From a virus, in IMG/VR virus record IMGVR_UViG_3300005366_000002, positions 1 through 64,000 of that record: DNA of 64,000 nucleotides; one strand, given 5' to 3'. A program made the translations under genes and the position numbers. The notes under the pieces are model-generated. The model was not told the origin of the DNA. It did no database searches and worked only from the letters and a program-made list of their open reading frames with translations. Each line of letters opens with the position of its first letter. The first letter of the stretch is position 1. Below, piece after piece: positions 63,230-64,000 of this stretch.

Positions 63230-63715
63230 ATGCTCAAGGCGCTGAAGAACTTTCCGAAGACGTTGGTTGTTCCGGGGATCGCGCTGTTCGTAGGCGCGGT
63301 CACTGACATGGCGATCAAGCCGGTGGGTCTTCCACCAGGCATGACGTTCTACGACCAGTCTGGTCTCCACGGATGGGGCGTGCTGCGCCTGATCTGCTTC
63401 GTCTGGATTGCCTTGTCCCTGGTGATCCTGGCAACGATCACGCAACGCGACGCCGGCGAACGACGGAACGAGGCGTTGAAGAAGCGAGGCTTCGTCCTCG
63501 CCAGCTTCTACTCCACGTTCGGTTGGTGGTGCTTCACCTTCAGCGGAGTGCTACTCCTCGGAGGTGATTGGAATGTCTACTCGTGGATCTTCGGGTTCGC
63601 GTGTTGCTTCACCGCTGTTCGTGCAGTTCTGATCTCCCTGCTCACCGCGTCGGAGATCTTGAAGCTGGAACGTCGCTGGCGCGCCATGCAAGACGAGTAC
63701 GTTCTGCGGGAGTAG
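63230..63715 (+). CDS. Membrane protein (about 4 TM)
   Basis: Four hydrophobic segments. Confidence 0.7.
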   Translation: MLKALKNFPKTLVVPGIALFVGAVTDMAIKPVGLPPGMTFYDQSGLHGWGVLRLICFVWIALSLVILATITQRDAGERRNEALKKRGFVLASFYSTFGWWCFTFSGVLLLGGDWNVYSWIFGFACCFTAVRAVLISLLTASEILKLERRWRAMQDEYVLRE

Positions 63716-63745
63716 CGCTCTGCAGATGACCACAAGATGACAACG

Positions 63746-63779
63746 AAGCCGCACACCGGAAACGGGTGCGGCTTTTTTC
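63746..63779 (+). terminator. Rho-independent terminator
   Basis: AAGCCGCAC..CCG-GAAA-CGG..GTGCGGCTT followed by a T-run. Confidence 0.85.
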
Positions 63780-63938
63780 TTGGCCTGACAAACTGGTCGA
63801 CCTGCCAAATCAGCCAAGAGTTGCGGGATGCAATTTTAGTCTGCGGGCGAACAGCCTGATTTCTAGCTGAGAAGGTTAGGCCCTGTGGACTAGTACACAG
63901 AGCCTAGCCGACTCGTTCATTCAACACAAGGAGTGCTC

Positions 63939-64000
63939 ATGACCAAGACAGTCCGAGCCGCTTCCACCACGATGACGCATGACGGCAACGACCTCAAGCT
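63939..64000 (+). CDS. Start of a probable head gene, possibly scaffold; truncated (MTKTVRAAS...)
   Basis: AAGGAG RBS; GCAATTTTAG motif at 63830; downstream of the protease. Confidence 0.6.
   Translation, partial: MTKTVRAASTTMTHDGNDLK

Noticed and set aside
1-64000. Stop-codon reassignment, tRNA genes, introns in nrdA/nrdB/polA/thyX
   Set aside because: Conserved genes are full length and end at TAA, TAG or TGA under the standard code. I saw no cloverleaf or split gene by eye; tRNAscan-SE and Infernal would be needed to be certain.

Overview
This is a 64 kb segment of a large, GC-rich (about 60-65% by eye) lytic dsDNA phage, probably a jumbo phage. There is no host housekeeping context, and I saw no rRNA, tRNA or CRISPR array. 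Bases 1-11.9 kb are on the minus strand and hold small early genes, anti-defence genes (Tad1-like, NADAR), a Dda-like helicase and an SF2 helicase that may bind the origin. A divergent 415-bp intergenic region (11873-12287) has inverted and direct repeats plus GAA mini-hairpins, and looks like a replication origin. Everything to its right is on the plus strand. It includes an SbcD nuclease, a family A DNA polymerase with a UDG-like N-terminus, a primase and ThyX. It also includes a topoisomerase IB, probable virion proteins, a kinase/Nudix/SprT cassette, GIY-YIG and HNH nucleases, class Ia RNR, a 1650-aa SNF2 helicase and the prohead protease. Four candidate systems stand out. (1) A 7-deazaguanine DNA-modification cluster at 21.9-30.7 kb has FolE, QueD, QueE, a DpdA-like transglycosylase and a DpdL-like T-fold protein, with no QueC in the window. 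It also carries a glycosyltransferase, a kinase-nucleotidyltransferase fusion and two possible nucleotide-pool hydrolases, which suggests an undescribed hypermodified guanine. (2) A shared N-terminal LxLQAKxRL peptide and [VIL]-x-A motifs in otherwise unrelated late proteins suggest a capsid-targeting and protease-processing code for packaged enzymes. (3) The origin-like region sits next to its putative initiator. (4) Two recurrent phage-specific promoter motifs, GTAAATA and CAATTTYA, separate replication genes from virion genes. All family assignments come from motif recognition by eye, not from database searches.
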